A DNA stretch of 64,000 nt from Lingula anatina (taxonomy: Eukaryota > Animalia > Brachiopoda), in contig CM120640.1 of the NCBI GenBank assembly GCA_051362555.1, positions 17,856,001-17,920,000 on the forward strand, read 5' to 3'. The position numbers and the translations under genes are program-made. Positions 62,925 through 64,000 of this stretch are shown one piece after another. Each line of letters begins with the position of its first letter. The stretch's first letter is position 1. Below the pieces are notes generated by a model. The model saw only the letters and a list, made by a program, of their open reading frames with translations. It ran no database searches and was not told the origin of the DNA.

Positions 62925-63754
62925 GTAAAATTAAAGAGTACTGAACCCGCCCCCTCCCCAATTCCCATTTTTCTTGCATACACGTAAAATAAAAAAGCGG
63001 ACAGGAACAGCAAATATAATCATACCCAGAAATACACGCATACAACAAAAAATGAGGAGCCGACATAAAAGTTGTTTGACAGGGCCAAATAGGATGCACA
63101 CACATACCGCATATAACATAGATACACATTTCGCGCCACGTTTGTATTCGTTTATTCGTCGTTTAGTTTCGTTGCTAAGTGCACATATCAACATGTTATA
63201 AAAGCATTGTAAATATCCATATATTTTTTTTATATTTCTTTGTATCATAGTGACCCTTTGATGATGTAAAAAAATAAAGGCAATTTTTGACAAATAAAAT
63301 TCAAACATCCTACTATCTCTACATTTCCCGGTTGCTCCAGCAGAAAATTAGGTGACCTCCAAGGTTTTCTGATTTTCAAGCAAATAACCATGCTACGGAT
63401 TCTCTCAAATTTGACCAGAAGCGGACACTGTGATAAGCAGGTAATGATGTCATTGTGCTTTTAATTTTCTCTCTGATACATATTTTTTTTCAGACAAAAT
63501 ACAAATGGCGTTTGTCAAACCGCTGCAACTTCGCCTCGGACGGCTTAGGACTGTATATTTAACTTTTTAATTCAATTAATGTTATGTACATTTATTGTGG
63601 TGCCAAGGTCAGTCAAGTCTGTAAAGTTAGCAAGAAACTGACATTGAATTTTTGGATAAAACTCTTAATGGGAACTTCTCAATTTTTATCCCAAATGAAC
63701 CTCTAAATTCCAAATCTGTTCAGTAGAATTTTAACAGCGAGTACAATTATGTGC

Positions 63755-63756
<2 letters not shown>

Positions 63757-63814
<58 letters not shown>
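63757..63814. repeat. (TA)n microsatellite
   Basis: Direct reading. Confidence 0.95.
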
Positions 63815-63815
<1 letters not shown>

Positions 63816-64000
63816 CAGTTTGGTGCCTGGTCATTACAACCTATGTTGATGATCTTTCCCTGGGAAAGATACAGCCCAGCTCCCATGTGAGGCACTGAAA
63901 GCTAGCAAGCTTACAATATCGTTCTCAGTCTGGCCAGAGCTCCGTAACTAGAAAGCATCTCAAATAGCAATATCACCTTTTATTTCGAGGCTGTTATATG

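Noticed and set aside
1-64000. tRNA, rRNA, snoRNA or autonomous transposase/RT genes
   Set aside because: None recognisable by eye. A tRNAscan-SE/Infernal and RepeatMasker run would be needed to exclude small intronic ncRNAs.

Overview
AT-rich, intron-rich animal genomic DNA, not prokaryotic. The repeat families suggest a lophotrochozoan or mollusc (inference). Splicing by eye on GT-AG junctions gives six protein-coding genes. (1) Exon 1 of a beta-tubulin leaving the window on the minus strand, with TATA, Inr and an X-box. (2) WASHC3/CCDC53 (minus, 6 coding exons, 217 aa), head-to-head with (3) transportin-3 TNPO3 (plus, 26 coding exons, 929 aa). (4) SYNCRIP/hnRNP Q-R (minus, 11 coding exons plus a non-coding first exon, 615 aa) with signs of complex alternative 3' splicing. 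It is head-to-head with (5) a JmjC 2-oxoglutarate oxygenase carrying a signal peptide, an EF-hand and a C-terminal RDEL (plus, 10 exons, 427 aa). (6) A 5xCUB-LDLa-TM protein with LEV-10-like architecture and a PDZ-binding tail (minus, 15 coding exons, 850 aa). Introns hold several MITE/foldback families, two Helentron-associated (HINE/DINE-like) elements (one carrying a 146-bp tandem array), minisatellites and microsatellites. The most interesting items are the predicted ER-luminal Ca-binding JmjC hydroxylase, unannotated SYNCRIP exons, and the LEV-10-like gene with a possible secreted isoform. All gene models are manual readings without RNA evidence.
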